DNA of 64,000 nt, from positions 98,146,001-98,210,000 of the forward strand of contig NC_042999.1 of the NCBI RefSeq assembly GCF_006345805.1, in the 5' to 3' direction. The DNA comes from Octopus sinensis (lineage: Eukaryota). Positions 40,803 through 54,119 of this stretch are shown in pieces; position 1 is the stretch's first letter, and the number at the start of each line of letters is the position of its first letter. A program made the translations under genes and the position numbers. Under the pieces are notes generated by a model, which saw only the letters and a program-made list of their open reading frames with translations, ran no database searches and had not been told where the DNA came from.

Positions 40803-41024
40803 GGCGGCGAGCTGGCAGAATCGTTAGCACGCCGGGCGAAATGCGTAGCCGTATTTCGTCTGCTGTTACGTTCTGAGTTCAAATTCCGCCAAGGTCGACT
40901 TTGCCTTTCATCCTTTCGGGGTCGATAAATTAAGTACCAGTAACGCACTGGGGTCGATATAATCGACTTTGTCTGTCCTTGTTTGTCCTCCCTGTGTTTA
41001 GCCCCTTGTGGGTAGTAAAGAAAT
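40803..41024 (+). mobile_element. SINE family S1, near-intact copy
   Basis: ggcggcgagctggcagaatcgttagcacgccgggcg...gagttcaaattccgcc...ccccttgtgggtagtaaagaaat. Confidence 0.93.
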
Positions 41025-41025
41025 G

Positions 41026-41064
<39 letters not shown>

Positions 41065-41467
41065 GAGAGAGACAGACAGACAGAGAAAGAGAGAGAGAGT
41101 GAGAGAGAGAGAGAGAGGGAGGGAGAATCATGTAACGCAAAGGAGCAGTGCACGGAACCAAAATTTTCGATTCGAGTGAAATATAATAAACTACTGCAAT
41201 TCGACTGGTTAGTTTGAATTGGCATTAAATTGTGTAAGTTCCAATAATGAAGTCAGATTAAATATTGATATTTTAAGATAATTTACTACGTAAGATTCAG
41301 ATAATATATAACAGGAAATGTATAGTGGGAATGCAACAAAATATATAATAGGAAATGCATCAAAATATTTTGAAATGTTTTAACTGAAAAAGCTCTTATC
41401 CTATATATTACGCAGATCTGAGAAGCACGTACAAAATGACTTCATTTATTTCGTTTGACTTCATTAT

Positions 41468-41610
41468 TACAACATGTAGCACCTTGGGCAAGTGTACTCA
41501 ACTTCCCATTGTGTGACATCTTGAAGAAGTATCCTTAACAATACCCTCAGGCCGGGTAATGCCTTGTGAGTGGATGTGGTAGGCGGAAACTGAAGGAAGC
41601 CTGCCATATA
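41468..41610 (+). mobile_element. decayed SINE S2 head/core fragment
   Basis: caccttgggcaagtgtact and gccttgtgagtggatgtggtaggcggaaactgaaggaagcc. Confidence 0.65.
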
Positions 41611-41725
41611 TTCATATATATATATATATATATAATATATATATATATTATATATATATATAATATATATATATATACACATACATATATACATACACAT
41701 AAACTTACACACACACATATATATA

Positions 41726-41806
<81 letters not shown>

Positions 41807-41829
41807 ATCCATATATACATACGTATATG

Positions 41830-42304
41830 TATTAGGTTGGCAACTAAGTTTTCGCCGTTTTTTTTTTAATTAAAATTCTTTAAAAGATTTAATAAGAAAT
41901 AACAACTAATCAATCAACAATGTATTCACCCTTGTTGTTTACAACTTCTTCTCACGTTCAACAAGATTTTCAATACCTCGTTGGTCGAAATCACCCGATT
42001 TCGACTCAAAAAATTGATCCAACCAAGCTCTCAATTCTGCATCGGTATTGAACGAAACTCCGCGCATAGCATTTGAAAGAGATCGAAAGAGGTGGAAATC
42101 CGTTGGTGCCAAATAAGGAGAGTACGACAAGAGTATGGCAGCACTTCCTAGCCTTGCGTTTGAATGGCTTCCTTGGTAATATTGGCGATATGAGGGCAGG
42201 CATTGTCGTGCAGCAGAAGAACTCCATGCTGCCGATTAGGTCTTTTCTCTTGAATAGACATGTTGAGTCGTTCCACCTGTTGAACATAGAGTTCCGACTT
42301 GACC

Positions 42305-42306
<2 letters not shown>
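41830..42306 (-). mobile_element. mariner transposon 3' half with TIR
   Basis: LLLHDNARPHIA, YSPYLAPTDFHLFRSL, QRGIENLVER; TIR tattaggttggcaactaagtt. Confidence 0.92.
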
Positions 42307-42347
<41 letters not shown>

Positions 42348-43100
42348 GGCTGATACCTCTTTAAAAATAAATTAATAAATGTTAACACGAAAAGCTACAA
42401 AGTATAAAAGCACTTATCTTTAATCTCAACCGAATATCAATAATCCAGCTTGACTGAATTATTGTAGATTGTAGAAACTCGACCATTACCCTATGTAAAG
42501 ATAATATCTGGTGGGACAACGTGTTTTCAGAGCAATTGTAGATTTGTACATAACAAGGTAAATACATATATCAGAATTACTGAAAGTTTTTTTTTAAAGT
42601 AAATGCGCAGGCGTGATTCTCTAGTTAAAAGGCTTGTTTCTTAACCATGTGACCTTGGGTTCAGTCTCATTGCGCAGCACCTTAGGCTAATGCTTTCTGT
42701 TATAGCCCCAGCCGACCACTTTTGTACATATATCTGTAACAATACAATTACCAACTCTAAATCTCTATAGCAAATAGCCCCAAACTTTAACTGCACGTCC
42801 GTATAATACACACAAACACTTTTCACAGTATCTTTCAACGCTCTATATCAACTCATCTGGTCACTCTATTAATAATTTCTTTTTAACTGAATATTTTCAC
42901 ACACATTTCGGAGAATCACATTTCAGGAAACACAAATAGCTTTGCAGGATTTTCTCTCTCGTAACATCGCCTTCCCTAGATATAAATTAACATTTCTCCT
43001 TTTCCTAATCTCTTCTCACTTCTATTCCATGTATGTGCATATATGCTGTGTAGTATTGATGCTTTCCTGATTTACTTTTGCATGTGTATGAATGTGTATG

Positions 43101-43137
<37 letters not shown>

Positions 43138-43255
43138 ATGTATCTCTCTTGGTGTGTATTCACAGATATACGAAACTGAATGAAGAATGCTTTTCTGAGA
43201 AAATATGTTTTCCCGTGTACGTATGAATGGATACAGATATGCATTTACGCATAAT

Positions 43256-43467
43256 CACAAAGGGGTGCTGAAAAGTTCCTGGCTTTAAGGAAGGCATGGC
43301 TGGAGGCCCAAATTGCCGAGTTCTTTTAAAAGGCTTAGAAAAACTGAAGGACTGCTGTAATAAGTGTGTGAATCTGAGAGGGGAATATGCTGAATAAAAT
43401 CATAATTAACTGATTGTCCTGTATTTTTCTTTACCCAAAGCCAAAGTCTTTTCAACACCACCTCATA
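43256..43467 (+). mobile_element. mariner-derived MITE
   Basis: TIRs aggggtgctgaaaagttcctggcttt / aaagccaaagtcttttcaacaccacct; keeps a transposase C-terminal remnant. Confidence 0.75.
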
Positions 43468-43586
43468 TATATCTATGCCATTGGGTCGGCATATACACTA
43501 CATACTGGAAGATGGCATTTACGTATATATAAGGATAATAAAATGAAAGTTTATTTTATTATACTTTCATTAGCTCGACCGGCACA

Positions 43587-43981
43587 TCTTTATATATAAA
43601 AGAGAGGTTGTGTGCTGTCTGTCTCCTACGATTTAGATTCCTAACTACTCCCACATTTTGCGGTGCAGTTTAACCAAAACCGGGTATCTTATAGTCGTGA
43701 TTCATATCGAGCCCTTCTGGGTATTAGCACGCGTCTACGATGAGTCTACGATTAAAAAAAAAATTACCATCAATTTTTCCCATTTTTAATGCATTTTTGG
43801 CATATATAAGGGAAGTAACTCTCTAAAAATTTATTATTAAATCTCAGAACGTAAAAAGCTACAGTAACACCCCCCCTTTGTGGTTAGCCATATTGAGATG
43901 GCTATTATACTTTACATCTCTAAAAATGCTTATATAGTTATTTCCCTTACAAACCCGAGCAACGCCGGGCGATACTGCTAG
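43587..43981 (+). mobile_element. non-autonomous Helitron, copy 2
   Basis: Same TC start, 3' hairpin and CTAG end, A|T target; different internal segment from copy 1. Confidence 0.88.
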
Positions 43982-44942
43982 TCACATATAACCAACTCTT
44001 ATAGGTACCGATTACGTTAACCCTTCGTTCAACACTCGATTTTTTATTCTCGGTCTGGTTTGTGAGCTTATTGTCGGTATCTATGATACGTCATTTTTTG
44101 ACGTCTTTTTAACTATTTTATACATACGACCATAAAAGCTATACAAGCTATTTTATAGATACAAACATTTAGTGTTCCTGGGTCAAGAATTTAGCTTCCC
44201 ACAAAACGACGATGCTCAAGTCTTCAATATGCCTCACACGCAGCTCATGTTAGAGCGGTAAATGGAATTTTGAAATAAACTCTTCGATCTTGTCGAAATC
44301 ATCCGAAAACTTCGAGTCGTTTCAATACTGCTGAGTGTAAATAGAATGTGGTGCTGTGTATGTGTGTGTGTGTGCCTGCGCACGCGCGCCTACGTATGTG
44401 TCTGTGTATCTGTCAGTGGACTGTCAACATTTGATATAATATATTCATTCTACCCAATACATGATGGGTAATGCTTATATTACATAAATCATATTTCAAT
44501 GTATTCTATAACTCTTACATTATGATATACCGGAATCCTCTATGTATATCAACTACTTTAGTTTAGGAGATTTTGCAGTTACGGAAATTCTAAAGTATGT
44601 CCACTAATTTCGGGATACAATCAATATTTTTGTCCTAACGGAAACTCGAACAATTTTTAAGAGTTTAATTTACGTTTACTTCTTACCCAAACGATGGAAT
44701 GTCGGGGTTTTTAAGCTAAGACCTAATTATAGTTAACAATTTGAAAAGCAATAATCACGATACATACATAAGCGTGTGCATACTTTTTGAGTCATAAAGG
44801 CTACCTATCTATCCCTTTTTATTTATTTATCTCTCTACATGTATGTGGGTATGTGTGTAAGTTTATATATATATATATATATACATATATTCATATATTT
44901 ATGTACATGTACATCCATGGTCACATTACACATATAATTATA

Positions 44943-45022
<80 letters not shown>

Positions 45023-45033
45023 TATATACATAT

Positions 45034-45064
<31 letters not shown>

Positions 45065-45075
45065 GCATATATATA

Positions 45076-45462
45076 CTCTTTTACTCTTTTACTGCGGCCA
45101 TGCTGGAGCACCGCCTTTAGTCGAGCAAATCGATCCCGGGACTTATTCTTTGTAAGCCCAGTACTTATTCTATCGGTCTCTTTTGCCGAACCGCTAAGTG
45201 ACGGGGACATAAGCACACCAGCATCGGTTGTCAAGCAATGCTAGGGGGACAAACACAGACACAGAAATATACACACACATACATATATATATACATATAT
45301 CCGACAGGCTTCTTTCAGTTTCCGTCTACCAAATCCACTCACAAGGCATTGGTCGGCCCGAGGCTATAGCAGAAGACACTTGCCCAAGATGCCACGCAGT
45401 GGGACTGAACCCGGAACCATGTGGTTGGTAAGCAAGCTACTTACCACACAGCCATTCCTGCG
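45076..45462 (-). mobile_element. SINE family S2, near full length
   Basis: Collinear with 21629-22052. Confidence 0.93.
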
Positions 45463-45587
45463 TATATATATATATATATACATTGATAAAAATGGTGAGA
45501 CAGCAAAATAATGAAAGAGACCTCGATATTATGTAAATAAAGGAATTTATCTGTAAATGTAATATGTGAAAATTATTTGGTAGCCAT

Positions 45588-45642
45588 GATAAACCTCCGA
45601 GTTTCGGAGGTGGAAATCCATGCCGCTATCTCTTCAGTTATC
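45588..45642 (-). ncRNA. degenerate type I hammerhead motif (canonical CUGAAGA core)
   Basis: Reverse complement: GAUAA-[CUGAAGA]-GAUAGCGGCAUGGAUUUCCACCUCC-[GAAAC]-UCGGAGGU-UUAUC; stem I GAUAA/UUAUC, cleavage triplet apparently damaged. Confidence 0.45.
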
Positions 45643-45970
45643 CGGCCATCGGAAAAAATGCTATGAAAAATGACCGTTATACAAAGGGAAATTACTGTGT
45701 GATTGACCGTTATTAAGACAAAAGAGCTATTTGAATGGCCGCTAAGGAGTAAATATTCAAAATGAATATTTATATAGATATTTTTATTGTTATTATTATC
45801 AGCGGTAAATTTAAAGAATTGATAACAACAAAAATATAGGTCGTATATTTTTCTAGATGGTGGTTACAATAGAGGGCACACGAGACACCTACCTGCTAGA
45901 AAGAGGAGTTAAATCCTCAAGTAAACCACCGAATTACACTAAAATATACATACATACATACATACATACA

Positions 45971-46003
<33 letters not shown>

Positions 46004-46139
46004 TATACATTATTATACTTAAGTAGTCTAGCAATGATTTCGGATCAATCCATTTCTTTTCTCAGGATTTTCTGCTGGTAAGTTGGAAACGTTCTTTCAA
46101 ATTCATTAAGTATTCTCAGATAATATTGTTGTACAGATA

Positions 46140-46340
46140 AGGCAGTGAGCTGGCAGAATCGTTTGCACGCTTTCTAAATGTTTGGTGGCATTTTTAGGTT
46201 ATGAGTTCAAATTCCACCGAAGTTCGCTTTGCCTTTCTTCCTTTCGGGGTCGATAAAATAAGTACCAGTTGAGTACTTGGATCGATGTAATCGGCTCATT
46301 CCCTTCCCCGTAATTGCAGTCCTTGTGCTAAAATACGAAA
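46140..46340 (+). mobile_element. SINE family S1
   Basis: ggcagtgagctggcagaatcg...gagttcaaattccaccgaag...cctttcggggtcgataaaataagtaccag. Confidence 0.85.
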
Positions 46341-46425
46341 TGAATTTTTTGTATAGATGTAAGACTACGAACATTATTACATTATTTGCAATTGATTGAT
46401 ATTTGTCCTTTTCTTGTTAGTTGTT

Positions 46426-46471
46426 GACACAACGTTTCTGTTGATATACCCTCCAGCTTTCATCAGGTGTC
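46426..46471 (-). ncRNA. degenerate type I hammerhead motif (canonical CUGAUGA core)
   Basis: Reverse complement: GACAC-[CUGAUGA]-AAGCUGGAGGGUAUAUCAACA-[GAA]-ACGU-[U]-GUGUC; stem I 5 bp, palindromic stem III, stem II decayed. Confidence 0.55.
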
Positions 46472-46619
46472 TTGGGGAAATTTCGAATCTGCGTTCTCAT
46501 TCCTAAGGTATTTTTCGATGTTGTTATTATTAACAACAAACAAGATGAGGACAAATATCCGTCAATTGTAAATAATGTACATAATTCCACATCTCTTAAA
46601 TATAAAACTGTAAGACAAC

Positions 46620-46790
46620 GAGCTGACAGAATCAGTACCGCGCCTGAAAAAATGCTTAGCGGCATTTCTTCCGAGTTTACGTTCCGAGTTAAAATAACTA
46701 CCAGCTGAGTACTGGGGTCGATGTAATCGACTCATCCCCTCCACCGAAATTGTTAGCCTTGTGCCCAAATTCGAAACCTATATTTTGTAC
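46620..46790 (+). mobile_element. decayed, internally deleted SINE S1
   Basis: gagctgacagaatcagtac...tactggggtcgatgtaatcgac...ccttgtgcccaaattcgaaacc. Confidence 0.75.
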
Positions 46791-47189
46791 AGATGTAACA
46801 CTAATCTTTCCCTCTGCAAATAACTGCCATTAACTGATGAAATATATCATAATATCCTACTGGACTGCCCTTTGAGATGAGTAACCCTTCCCAAGTGCCG
46901 GTCTCTCATTACAATATAGCCATCAGAACAAAGTGGAAATCAAAATCACATTTGTTGACGACGTAGCTGTGTAACAAAGATGAGAAGTCTTGAACATTTG
47001 AGAACTAGTATTTGTTTAGTTAGTAATGAAATAACATAGAGAAAAAAAGACACTTCAGGAATCAATGACATTTTCAAACGCTATCAGAGCTATATTTTTT
47101 TTTTATTAAAATACGTCTGTATTTTTATTAAACTGCGAAAAAAAAAATTACTTTCCTAATTGAATCTGACTTGATTTTCTGTATAAAGG

Positions 47190-47640
47190 AGACAGATCGT
47201 GGAGTTATCGAGTTACAGTGTCATTTGAAAGTGCTATCTGAACCATTACTTTTGCTGCTGCCTGCTCGCACAGAATTTCCATGCAGACATCTTTAATACA
47301 GCCTTTCACTAGCAATTCGCTGACTGTAAGTCTTTTTAACCTTAGCAGCTCCGAAGTGTTACTTTATAAGAAACCTACAAAGCACAAATATTTGTGTGTG
47401 ACACTTCAAAGAGATGTCTTTGACGGCCTTTTAAATCAATATGCTTTCTTTCAAAGAACTCTTTCGACTTTGAACTAATTTCTTTATGTTTTGTAGTTAA
47501 ATGCCGTTTGAGGTTTGTCGGTTTCATTGAGTCACTACACAACATATCTCTAAAAATTACACACATAACGATTTGTGCACTACCCCAGCATTTGTGGTAA
47601 CAAAGCCAAATTGAATGTAAGAGCAAATCACATTTCAGAG
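47190..47640 (-). mobile_element. hAT Charlie/Buster transposase N-terminal remnant
   Basis: LCSDSMKPTNLKRHLTTKH...KEFFERK, then SYKVTL..GCIKDVC..IALSNDTVTR. Confidence 0.85.
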
Positions 47641-48382
47641 TGCAGTTTGTACGAATTCTTTTTTACCTGTGAGCCTTCGATTTAATTTATATTGTCATCA
47701 TCATGATTTGTAATTGCTGATGTGTTCAGCAACCGATCTTACAAAATATTTCTATTGAGTCTCAGTTACAAATCTACAAATTAGAGATAAAAATAATATG
47801 CATGTGTGGTTTAGAAGCTCGCTTTGCAACTACGCAGTTACAGGTTCAGTTCCACTGCGCGGAATATTGGGCAAGAATTTTCACAGCATCGCGTTGACCA
47901 ATAGCTTTTGAATGATTTTCATAGACGGGAACTGTGGAAGGTCGTCGTATGCGCGTGCGCAACTTTGTGATAATTTTTCCTCCACTTCGCTTGACATATT
48001 AGCGTTGGTTTGTAAATTAGAGGTGCGGCAATAGAAACCGATAGGGTAAGCACCAAACTTAAAAACATATCTACTGAAGTCGATTTGTTCTTGTAAACTC
48101 TTCAAGGCGATGCTCCAGCGTTGCCGCATTCCAAGAACTGAAACAACTATAAGATTAAAGATGTAAGAACTCCCGAGTGTAATTATATTTTATGATATGA
48201 GGGTGAACTATAGAATACATGCTTTGATTGAGAAACAGCGGAGAGAGGGGATAGTGATTAATAATGTTAGAATAAGACGATAATATAAAATTGAATTACG
48301 AATACGATACTTTGAAATAATGATAGTCTTTATAATCTGAGATCCGTAAATTAAATGAAGATACCAAAAGACAAACGTACAG

Positions 48383-48515
48383 ATAGTTTCTCTTCAATTC
48401 CGTGATGGTAACTGCATATCAAATTAATCATACAGAAGTTTGCGTCATCACTTCAATGCTAATAAGCAATACCCTCGGCTATGAAGCAAGTACATTCTGG
48501 TGACTACTACTACTA

Positions 48516-48586
<71 letters not shown>

Positions 48587-48590
48587 GCTG
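48383..48590. repeat. about 120-bp unique module plus (TAC)n(TGC)n(TAC)n, copy 2
   Basis: Direct-orientation duplicate of 12292-12545. Confidence 0.95.
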
Positions 48591-49738
48591 CCGCCGTCAC
48601 CACCAGCGCCGCCGTCGCTACCAAAAATATTACTATTACTAATACATATGTTGAACGTTACTGGTTAAAAGATGTAGAGCGGCTGTAATTGCAATATTCG
48701 ATTCTGAATAAAGGAACTGTAATTATCATTTAACTCACTGTTTCCCTCCTTACGAATCCAATATCTATTGTAATTACTATTAAAGCATAATAGTTGTGAA
48801 GCCCTTCTCCACACGAACAATTAAAAGCCTGTTATGATAACCGTCACTTTGTACTTGTATTTAAACTGTCCAACAATTTATATTAGACTTCATTTATATT
48901 TAGACTAAAGCAGTTATACTTGCTAAAACTGAAAGGATTGTGATGACAGTTATTTCGAGCCCATAAAATACCTTCAAGTGGTTTTGTAAGTCAATCGTTG
49001 ACTATGCAGGGCTTTTTCTCTGTTTGTATTCAATAGTTTTAAAATGAGAGTCAATGTATGAAATCCAAACTCTCTCTTTAGACTTGGAGGTTTGACGATA
49101 GTAACTCAGCTAGCAAAGACGTCTGTGCTGACCAGCAAGCCGTAGGCTTTACATGGAGTGGCTTTCACCTAGGTTGCCGGAAAAGTGTCAACGAGGGCAC
49201 CAAATCGCTCGATAGACTCCATTTCATGATTGCAGTTGTGATTGTCTTCCCTAGTATTTTCCTGTTTCAAGATACCATAACATAATGAAGGTTTGTACTG
49301 CTGAGTTTCTACCATAAAATATTAATTTGCCATAACTGGAGCTCTGATCGCTATCACTATTCTGGGTCAGAATAGAACTGGGAGTAATAACGGCTAAGAG
49401 GCGGTTCCGCACTCCTCAAAACCCTAGAAAACTTGAATCAGGGCCCCACTACCTGCAGTTTAAAGTCATATCCAGGATAGAAGAACAATATCGGAAGACC
49501 AATTAAGAAATGTTAGGTACCCAGCAACTGATGGTTTGCGTGCCGATGGTTTGCGTACTTTTATTACAACTTGAGTTGCCTTGCTCTGTAACATGTACTC
49601 TGAGAGTTGTTTTTCCACATCCATTGCAAACACCATCTATATGCGTGTGTGCCTGTGTGTGTGCACGTGCGTGTTTGTTTGATGAGCATGCATGCATGAA
49701 TGTGCACCAAACATAATGAATATATATATATATAAATA

Positions 49739-49890
49739 GGTAAGGCCGGTTTATGGGATTACTTTAGATTTCCCGTCCATATTTTTAAGAGGTCAGGGGC
49801 CAACATGTTTTTGGGATCTGTCGATACGCCATAAAGCTAAACCCTTTATGGATGGGAAATCTAAACTAATTCCACAATCCGGCCTTCCCC
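49739..49890. mobile_element. small MITE-like inverted repeat element
   Basis: About 45-bp imperfect TIRs aaggccgg...tttagatttcccgtccata / tatggatgggaaatctaaa...ccggcctt. Confidence 0.7.
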
Positions 49891-50612
49891 ATTTATATAT
49901 ATATATACACATACATATGCACTCTCTCACTCATACATATTACTCTGGATGGTGTTCTAAGGTAATCGCGCATACAATACGTCCCCCATCTCCACTTCGC
50001 TATTGAATCAAATCGAAAGACAGAACCAATACAGTATGACAGCGGCGGCATCGCTGGCACAGGGAATTTGAGAGCAATAAGGTACATTTGAGACACCTCA
50101 GAGTTTACTCCCGTAGTAACCCTTCCTATTGTTGAACGGGTGGCAACTGAAAACAATGTGTGCTCGAAATCAGAGTTCCGCTCTCTCCTCGGCGAACTGC
50201 CTTCTCAAAATGTTTCATTAGCTTTTCTCTTAAAAGACTTGCTGCAAGACAAGAACATTATTTGTCTATTGCAATGACTGACGAGCGTTAGGGTGTATTT
50301 ATGCAATGGTTGGTCAGCACACCACGTTTCATTACTTAACCGCTTCTCCGACACCCACTAAAGTTTTACCTGGGCTATGAGGTAGTCATTTTTCGAGTTT
50401 AGGTACTTGAGGAGGTACTGTTGTTGGTAGAAAGGATCTACATTAGCAGAGGTTGTCTTATTCACTTGGCTCCATTTCCCACTCTTTATTAAGTAAGATA
50501 GCCTGCAGCTACAACTAAAGCAGAGAATAGCAAGCATAAATCGGCATGTAGCATGTACTGACTAAAAGCACTACCACACTACTGCATTACTGCACTATAC
50601 ACTTCACACACA

Positions 50613-50658
<46 letters not shown>

Positions 50659-51369
50659 GTTTCAGCACACCCACACTATATCACTTAACAACACAAGTAA
50701 TTATAGCTAAAAATATTTCTGATAAAAAAAAAACACTCAATTGTTTTTTTGTTTTCCTCAAATTGAACATTAAAGCGGATTTGGCCTTTTTACGATTCAA
50801 TATTTAAATTAATATTTTTTGCGCATTTGCCAGTTTTATACTGTAAAAACGTCTACAAGTATTGTAAACCGCCAATAAATCTATTACGAATGATATAGTT
50901 TGTAGCATTTGTTGATTTTATATCATACATTTGTTGGACAGCTATTGTTCAGCTATACGTTTTTAACGCATCGTGCCCTTGTCCTCTGCATTTCCGTTGG
51001 CAGAATATAAACCAGAAGTTATTTTTGTTCGAAGATACCGGTTTCTAAATTTTGTGTCTAATGTGCAGATCTTTTGCCGATATACACCGGCGAAAGATGT
51101 AAACGCTCAAATGCACAAAGAAACAAACCAACACATATCCATGTACATCGACTGCACATATGTATACATACACACAAACACACGTATATTAATACATGTG
51201 TGTGTGTATTTATATATATATATGCACACATGTGCATGTGTGTTATGTGTGAATGTGTTAAACGGAATGACATAAAGAAATAAACCATTTTATTTACATC
51301 AAAATAGATATACATATTCTAATATAATTTATCTATGTTTCAGCGGGAAGTGTTTATAAGCTTTATAAA

Positions 51370-52015
51370 CATATTTAAAATCAAAACGGCTGACAAATGG
51401 TACAAGCACCACCCTCAGGCTGTAGCTGAGGTAGAAAATGTAGCCATCCTTTGGGACTTACCAGTATGTACAGACCGGACCATCAAAGCAAATAAACCAG
51501 ATATTGTTGTGAAAGAGCAAAACAATAAAGTCTGTTTATTGATTGACATGAGTATACCCAGTGACCATTATATCTCGGCAGAAGAATTTGATAAGCTTAG
51601 AAAATATAAAGATTTGCTAATCGAAAAGAAGTGGCATCACCAAGACGGTTACAACACCAGTAGGAGCACTTGGATTGATCAAAAGGAGGAACTGAAAAGT
51701 ATTTGAGGATGATTCCTAGCTAATCATCCATGCAGGAAATGCAAAAGATTGTCTTAACTGGTACGTCACACGTACTGAGAAGAGCTTTGTCGCTGTGAAT
51801 TTTCTCGCCACCATTATTTTCGTTGTTCACTTTTTTATTTTTTATTTTTCCTTTCTGCTCCTGTCTTTCTTCCCCTTTTTCTCTATCACACGACTATGAA
51901 AATGAACAATCTGGTGTGCTTATTTTAATGGCCTACCAAAGTATACAGGGCATTTCTCTGCCCCAGGTGTCAGGAACACACTCGACAAGACATGAAAATA
52001 AAACTGAAAAAAGAT
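51370..52015 (+). mobile_element. R4/Dong-clade element, 3' copy F
   Basis: KTADKWYKHHP...ILWDLPVCTDRTIKANKPDIVV...KYKDL; same 3' UTR as B and D; (AAT)n tail from 52016. Confidence 0.92.
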
Positions 52016-52031
52016 GATTGATAATGAAAAT

Positions 52032-52093
<62 letters not shown>

Positions 52094-52789
52094 TGATGAT
52101 GATGATCACGAGGAGGATGAGGAGGTAGTGGTGGAGGAGGATTATGATAATGATGATAATAATAATAATATTAATAATAATAATAATATTTTAAAAAGGA
52201 TTGACGTAACAGTCAAGACGAAGAGCGCGATTCGATTGTAAGATATTTTATTTCAGCAGTACGTCTGTCTTTGCCAAGTTGAAAATAAGTAGTAATAAAA
52301 ATTCAAAATTACAGAAATTTAAACGTAAAGTATTAATGAGAGAAACCAGCGTCCACACGTTGATGGAATGACATCGTCAGTTTTTAAGTTACAATTTTAT
52401 AACAGGCGAAAAGGAAAAGACAGAAAAAAAACAGAAAAAAAGACATAAAAAAGAAGACGACAGTAAAAAGGAAAGAAAAAGAGAGAAAGAAAAATATTTA
52501 ATCAAACAGTTTTGTATAAAGTTGATGATATTTTCCTGTCATCTTATTCATTCCTCCAGGGCGTGGTGTTAATAACCCGCAAACATATTTCTCCTCATAC
52601 ATTCCGAGAAGTGAAAGTGAAGCAGATTCAGAATATTTTGTGAGAATATGCACTTTCAAGTTTTCTTCAAAATTGCATCCGCTAGAAACGAAATGTTCAG
52701 CAAGTTCTATCGAACTACTGTTGGTGTGCCTGACGTCGAATATGTGCCCTTTAAACCTTTTGTTTAATTGTTCTGTAGTACAACCAACA

Positions 52790-53880
52790 TAAATTAAGTT
52801 GTTTTTCGTGCATCAAGACATGAAAGCTAAAGTTAATTTTGGTTACAGACTCTCTGAATCTTTTGCTGTGGAAAATGGAGTAAAGCAAGGAGACCTTGAT
52901 GCACTCACCCTCTTTGCAATATATTTTGCTGTTGTGTTGGCACATGCTTTTCAAGACTCTGAGGAGGGTATATACATAAAATATCGAACAACAGGGAATG
53001 TTTTTAATCTGACCAAACTGAAATTCAAAATGAGGGTTTTTACTTCACTCATTAGGGAACTTTGTATGCTGACGATTGCGATCTTGTCAGTCATTCTGGT
53101 TGGCAATCTCTTGTATCTGCATTTGACTCGGCTTGTAATGATTTTGGCTTGACCATCAACTTGAAAAAAAACAGTTGTAACGCATCAACCTGCGTATGGT
53201 GCTGTTTGTAACCCCGCTAAAATTTTTGTTAAGGGAAAGTTACTTGAAGTTGTCGATTCCTTCGTCTACCTTGGAAGCTCTGTTCAAAATGATGGTAATC
53301 TTGATACAGAAATATAGCTGCGAATTCAAAGGGCAGCAAAAGCATTTGGTGGCTTGGAGTCACGTGTTTGGTGCCAGTGCTATATAAATAAGAATACAAA
53401 GGTGGCTCTTTATAAATCATTTGTCTTAATATCCCTGTTGTATTCCTGTGAAACTTGGACTTGTTATGAAAGGCAATTTAAATTGTTTGAACAATTCCAC
53501 CAAAAATGTCTTCATCGCATTAAAACAATTAAATGGATTTCTTTTACTCCAAACACAGATGTCCCTGCATCTGCAGGCATCACCTCAATGAAAGCTATGA
53601 CTTTTTGAGGAACCATTTGAGATGGTATGATCATATTGTTCGAATGGCAGATGACGCATGACGAAACAGCTCTTTTATGGTGAGCTTGCAGAGGGAAAAT
53701 GCTATCGGCGTAAACCTAAAAGAAAGGTTTAAGGACGGCATAAGGGATACTATGAAGTCCCTGGGAATGGTTCCAGAAGATATAGAAACTCTTGTTTCGG
53801 ATCGAGTTGGGTGGCGAACAAAGGTGTGGAGTGGAGTGAAATCATTTGAAGAGGTCAGGATAGCACAAGCTTAACTAACA
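52790..53880 (+). mobile_element. RTE-clade LINE, RT/C-terminal pseudogene
   Basis: SESFAVENGVKQG...GIYIKYRTTGNVFNL, GLTINLKKT, FVYLGS, LLYSCETWT, RWYDHIVRM. Confidence 0.9.
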
Positions 53881-54119
53881 TACTTGGATATGAAGACCTG
53901 AATATGCAACTTCCAGCATATGGAAAAAGAAAAGAGATGTAGATGTGTCTCTCGAGGAGTGGGAGATTGCCACAAAATGCCTAGTAGGCAAAAAAGACTG
54001 TGCAGTTCTTGGGTTTTTAGGATGCAATCGAAAATGTCGATTATGTCGCATTTCTCTCGAAGACATCACACATGATCAGCAACTGGTCAAAATGTTCATC
54101 AAAGTATTACCTTTCAATG

